Of a stretch of 64,000 nt of DNA, positions 50,359 through 59,860 are shown piece by piece. The DNA is taken from positions 35,858 to 99,857 of the forward strand of contig CAVIUM010000001.1 of NCBI GenBank assembly GCA_963645865.1, in the 5' to 3' direction. Under the pieces are notes generated by a model that did not search any database, had not been told where the DNA came from, and saw only the letters and a list, made by a program, of their open reading frames with translations. Numbering within the stretch: position 1 is the stretch's first letter; each line of letters opens with the position of its first letter. Source of the DNA: Lachnospiraceae bacterium. GTDB taxonomy: Archaea; Thermoplasmatota; Thermoplasmata; Methanomassiliicoccales; Methanomethylophilaceae. The position numbers and the translations under genes are program-made.

Positions 50359-51348
50359 ATGCGCGAGGAGACGCCGGACGACAGGAACTTCTTCGAGAGG
50401 ACGTACGACTTCGTACGCCTGGCGGTCGAGAGATCCGCCATCGTCGTCATCGCCGCCATCGCGTTCCTGATGATCCTTTCGGCGGTCGTCTACGCGATGA
50501 GGGTCCACATGGGCGAGACCGGTCTTTCGGCGACGGTATCCATCGCGTACCTGGCTCTGGCCGTCGCAGGGGTGCTCATCCTGACGGACGACGAGCGCAG
50601 CCTCCCGCGTTCCGTGGGATTGTACGCCGTCGGACTGGGGATATACAGGGTGTTCTCCGTCGTCGGGAGCATCACCCTCCACAGCCGCCTGAACATCTTC
50701 TACTACATCCTGATAGCCCTGGGGATCAACATGGTCATCTCCGGCCGCGCCTACATCAAAGGCTCGACCCGGGCACGCAGGACCATGATCATGTCGTCCA
50801 GCCTACTGCTGCTCGCGAACATGATCTTCATCATCTACCTCTACCAGATGGGCTCGTCGCTCTACGATATCTTCATGATGTACCCCATGAACTTCATGCT
50901 CACGGCCCTGTACTTCATCCTCATCCTGATCCTGGATTCCGACAAGCTGAGGAGGCTGGACTGGCTCGAGGTCCACGGAAGGACCGTGGACGGGATAAGG
51001 AGGACATACCATCTGGACAGGTCCGCTTCGATATACCGCTCCGATTGGTGCATCCTGGGTTCGGGCCTCTCCGATGTTTCGGGATGGGACCCGGTCTCCG
51101 ACGGCGGCCCCGCCGAGAGGGAGTGCCATGTGAGCTTCAGCAACGGGAGGGGGAGGTCGTACCTCACCGCTCAGCGCTGGAAGGGCCGGGACGAGATGTT
51201 CGTCACGATCTGCGACCACCCGGGAGGAACGGTGATCCAGGCGGCCAGGCTCATCATAACCGAGATTGAATCCGACGACGACGCCGTGCGCCTGATATCC
51301 CCGGACGGCACCTTCATGCAGCTGACCCTGGAGGACGATCCGGAATGA
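50359..51348 (+). CDS. Membrane protein (6 TM plus soluble C-terminal domain)
   Basis: Hydrophobic N-terminal half; GGAGG RBS upstream. Confidence 0.7.
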   Translation: MREETPDDRNFFERTYDFVRLAVERSAIVVIAAIAFLMILSAVVYAMRVHMGETGLSATVSIAYLALAVAGVLILTDDERSLPRSVGLYAVGLGIYRVFSVVGSITLHSRLNIFYYILIALGINMVISGRAYIKGSTRARRTMIMSSSLLLLANMIFIIYLYQMGSSLYDIFMMYPMNFMLTALYFILILILDSDKLRRLDWLEVHGRTVDGIRRTYHLDRSASIYRSDWCILGSGLSDVSGWDPVSDGGPAERECHVSFSNGRGRSYLTAQRWKGRDEMFVTICDHPGGTVIQAARLIITEIESDDDAVRLISPDGTFMQLTLEDDPE

Positions 51349-52325
51349 TGTTCAAGAGAGAGGACGGGAGCCCGGACCTGGTGAAGGTCCTGGGTGCCTT
51401 CATGGTCATCACGGCCATGTACATACTCATCGATTCGCTGAGGACCTACTTGGGATTCTTCCAGCTCCTGATGAGCCCCTACGTCCTATCGACCCTCATC
51501 TCGCCGGTCATCACCCTCCTCTTCGGGATCGCCATCCTGGTGCCCAACGATCGCACGGTCCGCACCAACGGGTCCCTGGCCGGAATCGCCCTGGGCGCGT
51601 CGTTCATGTCCAGGAACATCGGGTTCATGGAATACTACGGCGCGGACGTCTCGTTCATCATATCCTACACATCCTTCCTCATCGGGATATTCGCGATAGT
51701 CTCCTCGACCGCCCTGCTGTTCGGATACTCGCACTATTCGGACAGGATCTGGCAGACCATGGGGATAATGTCCCTCATCGAGCTGTACCCGTTCTATGAC
51801 ATCTATGCCAGCTACCTGCCCCTGCTGGACTACATCCCCTACTTCTTCAGCAACATCCTGTTCATCGCATGCTACGGGATGCTCATCCTGCTCATGTTCG
51901 ACAAGAGCCTGAGGATCATCCCGGTCAACAAGCGCATCGACGGGGATCTGGGTACCGTCAAGGACATAATCTACTCCGGCGACGGCACATACATGGTCCC
52001 GGATGATGCGGATTCCCTGGTCCGCTTCGCCGGAGGCGACGGAGGGGAGAGGCTGGAGATCGTCCTCCACGACCGCAGGGAGACGAGGATGCTCAATCTC
52101 AGGAGGCCCCAGGGTTCCGAGAACCCGATCGCCATGGTGGTCCCGACCAACGGAAGGAGCTTCATGAAGGGCTTCAGATTCGATGTCGTCGCATGCTGCC
52201 CTTCGGCCGAGAACGACAGGATCCGCATCTACGGACGCGACGGCCTGTTCGTCGACATACTGGTCCACGAGATACCCGAGGAGCCCAGGATCGCCGGGAG
52301 GATCCGCAGGAAGAAGAAGGTCCGA
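51345..52325 (+). CDS. Membrane protein with the same architecture as the upstream gene (CGA-terminated)
   Basis: ATGA overlap with the upstream stop; ends RIRRKKKV then CGA 52323-25. Confidence 0.7.
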
Positions 52326-52854
52326 GGTTCTCGTTCAGACCCAGGTCGGAGACGTCGATGGTCCTGCATATCCGCTCGACGGCCTCCACGTTCTCCGGAT
52401 CGGTCGCCGATGTCCCGTGTCTCAGGAGGTATGCGGAGAATCCCCTGTCGAAGGCGCCGAAGTAGGTCGCGGCAACGCAGCAGTGGGCCACCATGCCTGC
52501 GATTAGGACGGAATCGCATCCCCTCCCCTTCAGGACGGATTCCAGGTCGGATCCCTTGAAGGCGTTCATCTCGGTCTTGCACACTATCGCATCCCCGTTC
52601 TCGGGAGGCAGCAGGGCGGGGTCGAAGGAATCCATTCCTTCCGGAACGGGCATCCCGTCGTACATCTCGCCTGTGTAGCGCACGTAGACCACCGGATTAC
52701 CGGTCGAATGGAAACGCGAGATGGCCTGGTTGACCGTGCCCATCCTCTCCGAAGAGGAGATCCTGATGCCTTCGGTGGACTCGGAGAACTTCCTCTGGAT
52801 GTCCACCAGGACGAGCGCCATCCGCTCCTTCTCGAAACCCGAAGTGCACCTCAT
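52291..52854 (-). CDS. Isochorismatase/cysteine hydrolase family protein (CGA-terminated)
   Basis: ALVLVDIQ, K..MNAF, IAGMVAHCCVAAT and AFDRGF; in-frame CGA at 52291-93. Confidence 0.85.
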
Positions 52855-52968
52855 GCGACCGCTTCCGGACCTTGAGCGTCTGCCCCCCTTAAATCGATGC
52901 TGTCGGGTGCACGTTCGCAGAACTCCATACAGAAGGTTATAAGAGTGCCGAGTAACCAATCACCCCCG

Positions 52969-54513
52969 ATGGGAGAAATCGGACGTTTCATCGACGGGAT
53001 GCCGTCGCTTCGCTTCAGGAACGGAAAGATCGCGGTGCACATCCCCCGGTACATCTCGGACGAGGATGCGCTGCTGGAAGTGGGATTGGAATGTCCGAAC
53101 GGCCGCAGAATCGTCGGCAGACTGCCGGAGAGCGGATTCCCCGGAACGAGCGAACCCGCCTCCGTCATCATAGACGGGATATCCCCTCTCGACGGGTTCT
53201 CGGTCCTGATAGACGGATGCGCGGTCTACGAATGCCCCCGCACCGATGCCCTGTACTTCGGTGCCGATGGCAGGCAGATCGGGGAACCCGACGGAATGAC
53301 AACCGCTGTCAGGAGACCTGGGTCCGGACCTGACATCGGAGATGCGATTTCCATCGCGCCTCTCGGCGATGCGGAAGCAGTGGTGTACGCCGCTCCCGCG
53401 CTCGAACGCAGGTTCGAGATCTCCAGGCCGTCTGTCCGGTTCAGGGACGGCGTCTCCTACCTCTACGTCGCCAGATACATCGGCGTCCCCGGTGACCTCT
53501 TCCTCGTATCCATAGCAGGGGATTTCGGCAGGATCGATCTGGGGAAGATGCCGTCGAAGTCTGCCGACGGGAAGCAGATCGCCTCCGGGACGGAATTCAG
53601 ACTATCCGATTACGGCATCACGGTCCTCGATTGGTTCGATGTGATGATCGACGGGCGCAAGGTCTTCTCGTTCCCCCAGCGCGATGTCCTCGTCTTCTCC
53701 GAGAGGGGCACCGTCACGGCATTCCCCCTCGACAAAGCTGTAGTCGTCTTCCTCGACGACGTCATCATCGAGAGCGACGGGGAGTGCCTGAAGGAATGTT
53801 CGCTTCCAAGCGGTATCCTCTATCGCCTCTACGAGGCCGAAGGGCCGATATCCTTCGGAACCAGCATCCCCGATTATTCGCCCGAGCCTGAGACGATCGA
53901 GCAAACCTGCGATCCCGTACCCGGACCTACGGTCATCGAGGAGGATACGGAAGAGGGTCCGAACATCCCCGGACCGGAGATCGAGGAGGTACCCCGGGAA
54001 CCCGATACCGATCCCTATCCGGAGGTCCCCTCGGGATCCTTCGTCCGTCTCACGCCGAGGATGGTGCTGAGGGAATCGGGGATACTCCGCAGGGTCGGCG
54101 TGCTCGTCCCCGAATACAGGCCTTCAACGGAGAATCCCGTCCTGACCGCCGTCGGGAACCGCGGGCGCATCGAGATCGGCCCCCTGCCCATGGGCAGATG
54201 GGCGTCGAAGGAGACCGTCGTCAGCATCCAGGCGTACGGCATCAATCCCCTGGAGACGTTCTCTCTGGAATTGGAAGGTAGGACGATATTCACCAGCCAG
54301 GGCACCAACATTCTGTTCTTCACCTCCGAGGGCACCAGGCTGACCACGCCCCGCGGAAGGATAATCGCGGTCCACCGCCCCGAACTGGAGCTCGGTGTCC
54401 GCGGTGCGGCGAGATGCAGGATCGTCTCCTCCGAGGAGCGCGGCGGACTGGTGTACGACGAGGTGGAGCTCGGGGCCAGGGGCACCGTCTACAACATGAA
54501 CGTCGAACGCCGA
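52969..54513 (+). CDS. Hypothetical protein with three internal repeats (CGA-terminated)
   Basis: 514 aa; three similar beta-rich units and a Pro/Glu linker; first in-frame CGA at 54511-13. Confidence 0.72.
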
Positions 54514-54607
54514 TGTCATTCCAGCATCGCTAAATACGGTCCTCGCAGTAGGGTGTCACATAGGAATGGCGCCGGGAACGGCGCCGATACGATCGGAGTG
54601 TGCCGAC

Positions 54608-55036
54608 ATGATAGAGGACAAGATAATCACCCAGCTGTCGATCTTCGTCAACAACGAACCCGGCCGTCTGGCCACCATCAGCAGGATCATCAAGGAGACC
54701 GGGATCAAGGTCAGGGCTTTCAACCTGGCGGAATCCGCCGAGTTCGGGATTCTCAGGGCCATCGTCGTCGACCCCGACAGCTCCTACGACAGGCTCAAGC
54801 AGAACGGCATCATCGTCAGGAAGACGGACATCATCGCGATCTCCGTCCAGGATGCCCCCGATTCGTTCTTCATGGCCGCCGACGTGCTCGGGAAGGCCGA
54901 CATCAACATCGAGTACGGCTACTTCTACGCCGGTGCATCCGGCAGCACCCTCTTCGTCCGCGTCGACGACACCCCCAAGGCCGTCGACATACTGGAGAAG
55001 GCGGGCATCAGGCTTCTCGACGACGGGGAGATCTGA
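54608..55036 (+). CDS. ACT-domain protein (tandem ACT)
   Basis: QLSIFVNNEPGRL...NLAESAEFGILR...INIEYGY. Confidence 0.9.
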   Translation: MIEDKIITQLSIFVNNEPGRLATISRIIKETGIKVRAFNLAESAEFGILRAIVVDPDSSYDRLKQNGIIVRKTDIIAISVQDAPDSFFMAADVLGKADINIEYGYFYAGASGSTLFVRVDDTPKAVDILEKAGIRLLDDGEI

Positions 55037-55999
55037 ATGGGAAACCTGAACATCGCCGTCCTCGGCGCCAAGGACTTCGCCGGGAAGGTCGGGAAGAAGG
55101 GCACGGTCACCGACATGACCTTCTACGACCACAAGGCCGGGACGGACTCGTTCACCCTCATCGAGCCCTCGAAATACCCCGAGAAGCTGTCGTCGCTGTT
55201 CTACTCCGTCGCCATGTCCGAGTTCGCCATCCTCGTGGTGGACAAGATCGACTCGTTCCTCGGGGAGACCATCGTCATGACAGACAGCCTCGGCATCGAC
55301 AGGGGATGGATCGTCCTCAGGAACTACATCCAGCCGGAGCAGCTGAAGCCCCTGCTGGCGGGTACATGTCTGGAGAACTACGAGTACCGCGACGAGGACC
55401 CCATCAAGCTCAGGGAGGAGCTCATCGCCCTCGCCAAGGCTGAAGGGAAGAGCCCCGGAGACGGGACCTGCGGGTCCTGCCCCGTGGACAGCCACTTCAA
55501 TGTGAAGGGGGTCGGGACGGTCGTCCTGGGATCGGTCATAGACGGGTGGTTCAGGAAGCACGACAAGATGAAGGTGCTCCCGATCAACCGCGAGGTCACC
55601 CTCAAATCGATCCAGAAGCACGACCTCGATGCCGACGACGCCGTCAAAGGAGACCATGTCGGTCTCGCACTCCGCGGTATCGAATCCGACGAGCTGGACC
55701 GCGGGTTCGTGGTCACCACGGATCAGAGCGTGAAGCTCTCCAGGCACATCGAGGGTAAGGTCTCCCTCGTGAAGTACTGGCCCTCGCCCCTCAAGGAGGG
55801 CATGGTCCTCCACATCGGCCACTGGATGCAGATGGTCCCGTGCCGCGTCGCATCCGTCGACGACTCCGGCGACTTCAGGAGCGCGAACGTCGTGTTCGAG
55901 CTCGAATCGGACATCATTCACAAGCCGGGCGATGTCGCCACCATAATGTACCTCGAGGGCGGGAAGCTCCGCGTCGCGGGCTCCGTCACCCTCGCTTGA
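55037..55999 (+). CDS. EF-Tu/SelB-like translation factor (aSelBL-type) with degenerate G domain
   Basis: GKKGTVTD, P..YPEKL.SL, VDSHFNVKGVGTVVLG, KSIQKHD and GDHVGLALRG; no GHxDxGKT or NKxD motif. Confidence 0.82.
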   Translation: MGNLNIAVLGAKDFAGKVGKKGTVTDMTFYDHKAGTDSFTLIEPSKYPEKLSSLFYSVAMSEFAILVVDKIDSFLGETIVMTDSLGIDRGWIVLRNYIQPEQLKPLLAGTCLENYEYRDEDPIKLREELIALAKAEGKSPGDGTCGSCPVDSHFNVKGVGTVVLGSVIDGWFRKHDKMKVLPINREVTLKSIQKHDLDADDAVKGDHVGLALRGIESDELDRGFVVTTDQSVKLSRHIEGKVSLVKYWPSPLKEGMVLHIGHWMQMVPCRVASVDDSGDFRSANVVFELESDIIHKPGDVATIMYLEGGKLRVAGSVTLA

Positions 56000-56008
56000 A
56001 AACACATT

Positions 56009-56026
56009 CCCCCTCGGAAGAGGGGG
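56009..56026. terminator. Hairpin between convergent genes
   Basis: ccccctc-ggaa-gaggggg perfect inverted repeat. Confidence 0.5.
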
Positions 56027-56032
56027 TTTCTC

Positions 56033-56350
56033 TCACATCTTCGGTCTGATCCTACCGCATCCGGGACAGACGCCGTCCTCCCCGAACCTGGAACCGCATC
56101 TGGAGCAGATTCCCTGGTAGATCTCCATGTACTCGTCCGAGGGCTTGGGCCTCGTGTACAGGAGGGCGAATATCACGAGGAACACCATCATCCCCGACGA
56201 GATCATGCCCATGGCGATCATCCCGACCTGGTCCTCGGGGTTGGAACTGTACACGTACACGGAGTACGCCAGGGCGATCATGAGGACCGCGGTTACCGCG
56301 GTTCCGATTATCGCCATGCTCCTCTGTTTCATGGATGATGCATCCAACAT
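56033..56350 (-). CDS. Small two-TM protein with C-terminal zinc ribbon
   Basis: Two hydrophobic helices then CSRCG...CPGCG; start at 56350 or 56332. Confidence 0.7.
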   Translation of the reverse strand: MLDASSMKQRSMAIIGTAVTAVLMIALAYSVYVYSSNPEDQVGMIAMGMISSGMMVFLVIFALLYTRPKPSDEYMEIYQGICSRCGSRFGEDGVCPGCGRIRPKM

Positions 56351-56455
56351 GGGTATTTCTGGATTCCGACGGATGCAGCGTCGCACCCTTTAAGTACGCG
56401 GGCGCATACCAAGAGCGTCCGTGCTAAGTGATAGCACACAGCAAGAGGTCGGAAC

Positions 56456-57757
56456 ATGGCATTCTGGAACGAAGAGATCGAGACGATGCCCAGGGAGGAG
56501 CTGGAGAAGATGCAGCTCAAACTCCTGCAGGCGAAGGTCCGCGAGATGTACGAGAAATCCGAATTCTTCCACGAGAGGATGGTCGAAGCGGGCGTGCATC
56601 CCGACGACATCACCAGTTTCGAAGCGTTCCGCAAGGTCCCGTTCATGAGGAAGAGCGACCTCCGCGACAACTACCCGGACAAGCTCTTCACCGTCCCGTA
56701 CGAGGACATCACCAGGGTGCATGTCTCATCCGGCACCACCGGCAGGCCCACGGTCGTCGGTTACACCAAGAGGGACCTCGACAACTGGACGGAATCCCTC
56801 GCCAGGGGGATGACCTCCTTCGGCATGACCAAGAAGGACATGCTGCAGAACTTCCACGGATACGGACTGTTCACCGGGGGACTCGGCGTCCATTACGGTG
56901 CCGAGAGGCTCGGAGCCACCGTCCTGCCCATCAGCACCGGGAACACCGAGAGGCAGATCCAGCTGATGCAGGACCTCCCCGTCACCGCCTGGGCCGGCAC
57001 GCCCTCGTACATGTTCCACATCGCCGACACCTGCGACCGCCTCGGCGTCGACATCAGGAAGGATACCAAGGTCAAGCTGGCCATCGCCGGCGGAGAGCCC
57101 TGGTCCGAATCCATGAGGAGGAAGCTCCAGGAGAGGACCGGCGTCAGGGTCCACAACTGCTACGGCGCCAGCGAGATGTCCGGACCGATGTTCCTCGAAT
57201 GCTCCGAGCAGTGCGGCCTCCACGTATGGGCCGACCTGGCGTACATCGAGATCCTCGACAAGAACGGGGAGCCCTGCGCCGAAGGCGAGAGGGGCGAGGT
57301 GGTCGTCACAATGCTCCAGAAGGAGGCGTTCCCGCTGATCCGCTACAAGATGAACGACATCTCCGCGATCACCTGGGAGAAGTGCGCCTGCGGAAGGACC
57401 CATCCGCGCCTCGACAGGATCTCCGGAAGGACCGACGACATGCTCGTGGTCCGCGGGGTCAACGTGTTCCCGTCGCAGATCGAGAGCGTCATCGGCGAGC
57501 TGGACTTCCTTTCGCCGTTCTACCACATCACCCTGGAGAACAAGAACTACATGGACTCCATGGCCGTGGAGGTCGAACTCAACGAGGAGTCCCTCACAGA
57601 GGACATGAACAGGCTGAACGAGATGTCCAAGACCCTGTCCGCCCGCCTGAAGAACGTCCTGAACATCAAGGCGGACGTGAAACTGGTCCTCCCCGGGACC
57701 CTTCAGAGGTTCGAGGGCAAGGCCAACCACGTGACCGACAACAGGTCCTACGAGTGA
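56456..57757 (+). CDS. paaK: Phenylacetate-CoA ligase family protein
   Basis: HVSSGTTGRP, YGLFTGGLG, GGEPWS, YGASE and GRTDDML.RGVNVFPSQIE. Confidence 0.93.
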   Translation: MAFWNEEIETMPREELEKMQLKLLQAKVREMYEKSEFFHERMVEAGVHPDDITSFEAFRKVPFMRKSDLRDNYPDKLFTVPYEDITRVHVSSGTTGRPTVVGYTKRDLDNWTESLARGMTSFGMTKKDMLQNFHGYGLFTGGLGVHYGAERLGATVLPISTGNTERQIQLMQDLPVTAWAGTPSYMFHIADTCDRLGVDIRKDTKVKLAIAGGEPWSESMRRKLQERTGVRVHNCYGASEMSGPMFLECSEQCGLHVWADLAYIEILDKNGEPCAEGERGEVVVTMLQKEAFPLIRYKMNDISAITWEKCACGRTHPRLDRISGRTDDMLVVRGVNVFPSQIESVIGELDFLSPFYHITLENKNYMDSMAVEVELNEESLTEDMNRLNEMSKTLSARLKNVLNIKADVKLVLPGTLQRFEGKANHVTDNRSYE

Positions 57758-57759
57758 CC

Positions 57760-58191
57760 TCAGTCATCGTGACTGAAGGCTTCGAGCCTCCTCATGTCGG
57801 GCGGACCGTCGGGGGTGACCCCCGACGGTTCCCTGCATGACACATATCCGTCCTTCACGTAGTCCCTCCCATCGGAGCCGATGAAGCAGTCTCCCGCGAA
57901 TATGTGCCCGGGGTCCCCGACCTCCCCGTAGACGTCCTCCTCGATCCTGCAGAGCGATTCCGCCACCTGCGTTCCCAATGGCGTCAGGTCGAGGTCGATC
58001 CTCTTCCCCTTCTGCGTCGCCTCGATGAAACCCATGTCCACGAGGGTGTCGATCTTCTGACCCATGCGGGGGTTGGACGATATGGCCCTCGAGAGCGCTG
58101 TTTTGGACATCCTGCCCCTCATGTAGAGACACACCAGGATGCTGGTGTTGTGCTTGCCCTCGATCACATCGCTGATTCTCAGGAGCGTCAT
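57760..58191 (-). CDS. Winged-helix DNA-binding protein (HxlR/MarR-like)
   Basis: MSKTALSRAIS...IDTLVDMGFIE...LTPLG. Confidence 0.72.
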   Translation of the reverse strand: MTLLRISDVIEGKHNTSILVCLYMRGRMSKTALSRAISSNPRMGQKIDTLVDMGFIEATQKGKRIDLDLTPLGTQVAESLCRIEEDVYGEVGDPGHIFAGDCFIGSDGRDYVKDGYVSCREPSGVTPDGPPDMRRLEAFSHDD

Positions 58192-58296
58192 GAGGGTACG
58201 ACGAGATACTAATTATTAATACCTATACAATACCCTACCACTATAACAAACGAAGAGTACTGAAGCGACCCGCCCCGGGGACGGGCCGCTTCGCCC

Positions 58297-59490
58297 TCAC
58301 TGGGCGGGGGTTTCGGGCGCCTTGGCGGGGGCGTCGTCGTCGAAGGTGTTGTTGCCGGACATCATGTCCTCATAAAGCAGGAACAGCTCGCTCTGGGAGA
58401 GGCTGCGGTGCATCTGGCAGGAGGCCTTCCTCACCAGGACGAGGAGGTTCTCCGCATCGTTCCTGCTGATCTCGATGCCCATGTCGCTCAGAGCTGCGGT
58501 GATCGTGTTCCTGACGGAGTGCTTTCCGATGATGATGGACCTCTCCATGCCGACCTCTGCGGGGTCGTAGGGCTCGGTGACTGTCGGATCGTGGGCCAGT
58601 CCGTCCTCCTGTGCGAAGCACTTCGAACCGATGACGGGCTTGCCGGGATTGATGGCGATACCGGACGCCTTGGAGACGGATTCGGCGATGGTGTGCATCT
58701 TGGCGGTGTCGATACCGGTGTCCATGCCGAGCATGTGCTTGGAGACCATCACGACCTCCTCGAGCGGGGCGCATCCGGCCCTCTTACCGATACCCATGGC
58801 GGTGACGCGGGCGAACCTCGCACCGCTCTTGACGGCGGCGACGGTGTTGGCCGTGGCCATGCCGAAGTCGTTGCGAGCGATGATCTCCACATCGATCCCG
58901 GCGATCTGCCTGAGCATCCTTATGCGCTCGGAGCAGGTGAAAGGGTCCTCGATGCCGAGACTGTCGGCATATCCGAAGCGGTCGGCTCCGGCACCCTTGG
59001 CGACCTTCGCGAAATCGATCAGGAATCCGAGGTCTGCCCTGGATGCGTCCTCGGCGACGAAAGAGATGTACAGGCCGTGCTCGGCGGCGTAGGAGGTGGC
59101 CTCGTAAATCTTGTCGAGCACCCATTCCCTGTTCTTGTTGTACTTCTTGGTGATCAGAACGTCGGAGGCGGGGAGGGAGATCGAAACGGCGTCGACGTCG
59201 CACTCCAGACTGACGTTGATGTCCGCTATGTCCGCCCTGTTGCTGGACATGACGGAAGCTGCGAGACCCATGTTCGCGATGTGGCGGACCGCGGTCTTCT
59301 CCTCCGGACCGATCATGGGCATGCCCACCTCGATCTGGGGAACGCCCGCTTCGTTCAGGAGCTGAGCCATCCTGTATTTCTCAATGTTCGAGAACACGAC
59401 CCCCGCGGCCTGCTCCCCCGCGGAAAGCGTGGAATCGCATATGCATACAGGTGCGTTCAGCCGGTCGACTACCTCGTTCTTCGTCTTCAT
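58297..59490 (-). CDS. Homocitrate/isopropylmalate synthase-family protein with degenerate active site
   Basis: Fold motifs GEQ.AGV.F, IEVG, AEDASRAD, NDFGMATAN, EPYDP and IGKHS. DSTLSAGEQ and ARND replace the canonical DTTLRDGEQ and HxHND. Confidence 0.85.
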   Translation of the reverse strand: MKTKNEVVDRLNAPVCICDSTLSAGEQAAGVVFSNIEKYRMAQLLNEAGVPQIEVGMPMIGPEEKTAVRHIANMGLAASVMSSNRADIADINVSLECDVDAVSISLPASDVLITKKYNKNREWVLDKIYEATSYAAEHGLYISFVAEDASRADLGFLIDFAKVAKGAGADRFGYADSLGIEDPFTCSERIRMLRQIAGIDVEIIARNDFGMATANTVAAVKSGARFARVTAMGIGKRAGCAPLEEVVMVSKHMLGMDTGIDTAKMHTIAESVSKASGIAINPGKPVIGSKCFAQEDGLAHDPTVTEPYDPAEVGMERSIIIGKHSVRNTITAALSDMGIEISRNDAENLLVLVRKASCQMHRSLSQSELFLLYEDMMSGNNTFDDDAPAKAPETPAQ

Positions 59491-59860
59491 TTGCATCCCA
59501 TCCATCGGCCCGCCTTCGGAGACGGCCTCTGTGCTTCTCCGTATATATTCGCGCTATTTAAAGTTCGAATCGGGGTCAAAAAAAGACGATTGCAATCGGC
59601 ATCTCAACTCTAACACTTAACAAATAATATAGTTGAGTCTGAACGTGGTCGTATTTACAGTTCCTACAACGTGTGGTTCCAGAGACAGAATTGCCGAAAA
59701 GAAATACAAACGAAGTGACAGGGTCCGTATGTCCTGTCATGTTGGAACCAGTCGTATCGTATGAGGAATGGCGGGACGCCCGTTCCGTTCCGATGACCGA
59801 GATGAGCTCCGACAAAGAGGATTCGGACTCGCGCGATAACCAGCCTTCTCCGAGATCCCA

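Noticed and set aside
57805..57829. Strong hairpin accgtcgggg-gtgac-ccccgacggt
   Set aside because: It lies inside the 3' end of the wHTH gene just past paaK; probably a paaK terminator, with no evidence for anything more.
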